This document shows, one piece after another, positions 58,708 to 61,086 of a stretch of DNA of 61,086 nucleotides. The position numbers and the translations under genes were made by a program. Location: the NCBI GenBank assembly GCA_030167865.1, contig JALAGF010005890.1:1-61086 (forward strand), given 5' to 3'. The stretch comes from Craspedostauros australis. Taxonomy: Eukaryota. The notes beneath the pieces were generated by a model. It saw only the letters and a program-made list of their open reading frames with translations. It ran no database searches and was not told where the DNA came from. How positions within the stretch are numbered: position 1 is the first letter of the stretch; each line of letters starts with the position of its first letter.

Positions 58708-58888
58708 AAAGAGCATTCACTGCGATGCCTCTCCTTATCAATATGACGGTGATATCTCATAATGTAACGCCATTCGACGAGTGCGAGTACGCTTATGACA
58801 ACCATCCGAGTGTTGTGCTGCATGAGTAGACTGCGTCGTCCAACGTTTCGTCGCTCTCTGACTATCAGATGCACACTCTATTGTTTAT

Positions 58889-60616
58889 TGTTGTACCACA
58901 CTGACTATAGATTATTATCTATGCGCCGGGGGCGCTTTTGAACCGCCTCGTTTATTCTGCATGAGTCATACAGCGGGAACGGAAGTGCATACTTGTGCGT
59001 GGTAGTACTGTCTTGTGTGGTGAGGCCGGGGATGATGACCTAGATGGTCGTCAGTCGCGTGGGGGCAGGGTGGCCGCACTGGGATTAGCTGGGCCGCGTA
59101 CTTGATGGTGGCGCTCCTACTGGGGCCTCTCCCGGTCCGGTGGTTCCGAAACCTTGCGCTTCATCCATGCTATTTGTGCGGCCGGGACGGTGGCGGCAAT
59201 GTGAGGCATGGCGTGGAGGAGGGTGAGCAGCCACTTCGCCTGTCGGGGGGTCGTCGTCGGCGCCTGTCGGGCGAGCTGGCGCAGATGGATGGGCATGAAC
59301 TGCTCTGGCAGCTCACGGAGGGCTTGACAATAAAACAACATACGCTGCGTCATCGAGTCGCGCTCGGCAACCTCATGAAGCTGCTGGTTCCGGCTTGTCC
59401 ATTGCTGCAGAACCATGAGCCACAGCTCGTGAGTCACGTCTGCCTGCCAGAAGACCGGCCGGCGCCTGCGTGAGGATGGCGGGGGATTGGGGCTGAACTT
59501 CTCCCATTCCGTGGACCACCCTCCCCAGATCAGGGCATCCCATCCAACACCGTGCTGGGCCATCTCGACGTCCTGGGTGGCCGTGCGGCGAATGCCTTGA
59601 GGGGGGTTGCCGCCGCGCTGTAGGACGCGAAGAGCTTTGACCAACAGCTGGGCAGCCTCGCGTCGGACTCTGGGAGGCTGTATGATGGCGCGAATGCGTT
59701 GGATGCATGCCGCCCATATCTCCGTGCTGGCCTCGCTCGTGCACCGTACCACATGATGGTTGTCCTCGGCCTGGCCACATCTTGGGCATGTGCCTGAGTC
59801 AGACTGACCTTGTCGGCACATATTGCGGCCGGAAGCTGCGTTGCCTGAGGCCAGCTTGAGAATGGCACGCTGCTGCCCCCCGGCCCACCTGCCTATCGCG
59901 CGCATCATTGGTCTCCAATCCACCGTGTAACGGGCGACGGACCCCCAGCGCTGCCGCCACTTATTTTGGATGCTGGCTGTTGTTGCCTCTTGTGCCACCG
60001 CTTCGTAGCTGGCCTCCGACAGGAAACCGTTGGAGCTGGCAACTGCCCAGCCTGAAGACTGTGGGTTCCCAGACACCTCGCCCCACGATTGGGCATGGTT
60101 GATGGTGCGCCAGTGCTCACCCGCTTCATGATCTGCGACCACGTTAAGGACCTCCCAGTCGGACATCTGAGGGTTGGACTTGGCATTGGCATGCCCTTTT
60201 ACATGCTGGACCTTGAACTGAACCGGACTCGTTCGCAGTTGGCGCTGGATTTCCTGCCTGAGGTCAAAGTCGGCGTCGTCGGCCGAAATGAGCGAATGCG
60301 ACTCGCTCGCCCGGACTGCTTGCATGTTATCGCACGCAATGGTGATCGACCCTACCACCCCGGCCCACGACGCAAACGTGCTCAGGAATTGCATGCCGAA
60401 CAGCAGGCCCGCCGTCTCTGCCCGATTGGATGTCATGGTTTGCGACCCGCTCGGAACCTCGGACCGAATGACGACGCCTGCCGTCGGTGCCGTCAGACTG
60501 TTTTGGATCACCATCGCCGCTGTGCCCACACCATCTTTCACGGAGGCGTCGCAACAGGCCACACATCGGCCGCTGGCGATGGCAGCCGTCAGGGAGCTCT
60601 GGGACCCTTGAATCCT
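58889..60616 (-). mobile_element. 3' part of a non-LTR retrotransposon (RNase H + CCHC zinc knuckle), possibly Ambal-like
   Basis: ORF ending at 59117 with RNase H motifs (ACCDAS, SNRAE, ACDN..AV, HVKGH, NVVADHEA) and CPRCGQAEDNHHVVRC. GC-rich. The 3' UTR ends where mTERF duplicate similarity stops. Confidence 0.8.
59117..60616 (-). CDS. Non-LTR retrotransposon polyprotein C-terminal fragment (RNase H, zinc knuckle), truncated by LTR insertion
   Basis: ~500-codon open frame whose upstream end abuts the LTR-like terminus at 60617. Confidence 0.75.
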   Translation of the reverse strand, partial: RIQGSQSSLTAAIASGRCVACCDASVKDGVGTAAMVIQNSLTAPTAGVVIRSEVPSGSQTMTSNRAETAGLLFGMQFLSTFASWAGVVGSITIACDNMQAVRASESHSLISADDADFDLRQEIQRQLRTSPVQFKVQHVKGHANAKSNPQMSDWEVLNVVADHEAGEHWRTINHAQSWGEVSGNPQSSGWAVASSNGFLSEASYEAVAQEATTASIQNKWRQRWGSVARYTVDWRPMMRAIGRWAGGQQRAILKLASGNAASGRNMCRQGQSDSGTCPRCGQAEDNHHVVRCTSEASTEIWAACIQRIRAIIQPPRVRREAAQLLVKALRVLQRGGNPPQGIRRTATQDVEMAQHGVGWDALIWGGWSTEWEKFSPNPPPSSRRRRPVFWQADVTHELWLMVLQQWTSRNQQLHEVAERDSMTQRMLFYCQALRELPEQFMPIHLRQLARQAPTTTPRQAKWLLTLLHAMPHIAATVPAAQIAWMKRKVSEPPDRERPQ

Positions 60617-61086
60617 TGTTGGCAAGTTCCGCTCACGGTAACCTACGATCGTGGAAGATGGTGTTGGTTGATAGTCGTTCGTTGCTATTTCATTACTTGG
60701 CTACTCCAATGCTCTCGGTGTACGCCCGTTCTCTTGCCCGATGCTCTCGGTGCTTCAATCTGTTTTGTAGATTCAGTCTCCGACTATGAGTCGGTACGCG
60801 AGATGCTCTCTCGCTCCTCTCTGTTTACTCTCTCTCTCTCTCAATATTGTGTGCTCATGCTACACGATACTCCGTGTTCGATGCATACTCCGCACTCGAC
60901 ACTCCGTTCATTCAGTACTGGTTCCTACTCCATGAGTACTTACCATTTGAAGTTCACCTTCTGTATCCATGATGCTGATCCTCTTCGGTCATCGGATCTT
61001 CACCTCCTGCTCTGACTTGGAGACAGCTGTCGACGTGGTGACATGTTGACATCCTGTCGACGTCAGTAGGTGTCCTTCTGCTCTCC
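60617..61086. mobile_element. LTR-like element, family A (partial, runs off the window), inserted into the non-LTR element
   Basis: Starts TGTTGGCAAGTTCC; inverted homolog of ~54613-55080. Confidence 0.75.

Larger units (their letters stand above)
51910..58888 (+). repeat. Tandem segmental duplication: unit 1 ~51910-54088, unit 2 ~55988-58888
   Basis: Similarity starts at CCAACCAACAAGGAACA in both units and ends at CACACTCTATTGTTTATT. It covers the mTERF CDS and both flanks. Confidence 0.9.

Overview
Eukaryotic genomic DNA, most consistent with a diatom: gene-dense, short GT-AG introns, and several bipartite signal peptide + 'xAF' plastid-targeting N-termini. Left end (1-~6374): a DNA transposon with long imperfect terminal inverted repeats (TIRs) and hairpin subterminal repeats. 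Three ORFs join through two canonical introns into one ~1,800-aa piggyBac-type DDD transposase with a lambda-exonuclease/YqaJ-like nuclease and a SAP-like motif inside its catalytic core. Middle (9.4-51.7 kb): ordinary gene run with FUN14, SAC3/GANP, a small Gon7-like protein, a histidine phosphatase, a PP4R1-like HEAT protein, a thylakoid lumen protein, a GT47 exostosin, an SQ-cluster nuclear protein, a conserved unknown, myosin, a Gap3/ArsJ-type GAPDH, HtrA/Deg protease, PPDK regulatory protein, an amino-acid transporter and an SVOP-like MFS transporter. Right end (51.9-61.1 kb): two tandem plastid-targeted mTERF paralogs differing mostly at amino-acid-changing positions, one split by a solo-LTR-like insertion with a 6-bp target-site duplication (TSD); two further LTR-like elements between the copies; and the 3' part of an RNase H-bearing non-LTR retrotransposon that is interrupted by another LTR. 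All calls come from motif recognition and hand alignment. No searches were run.
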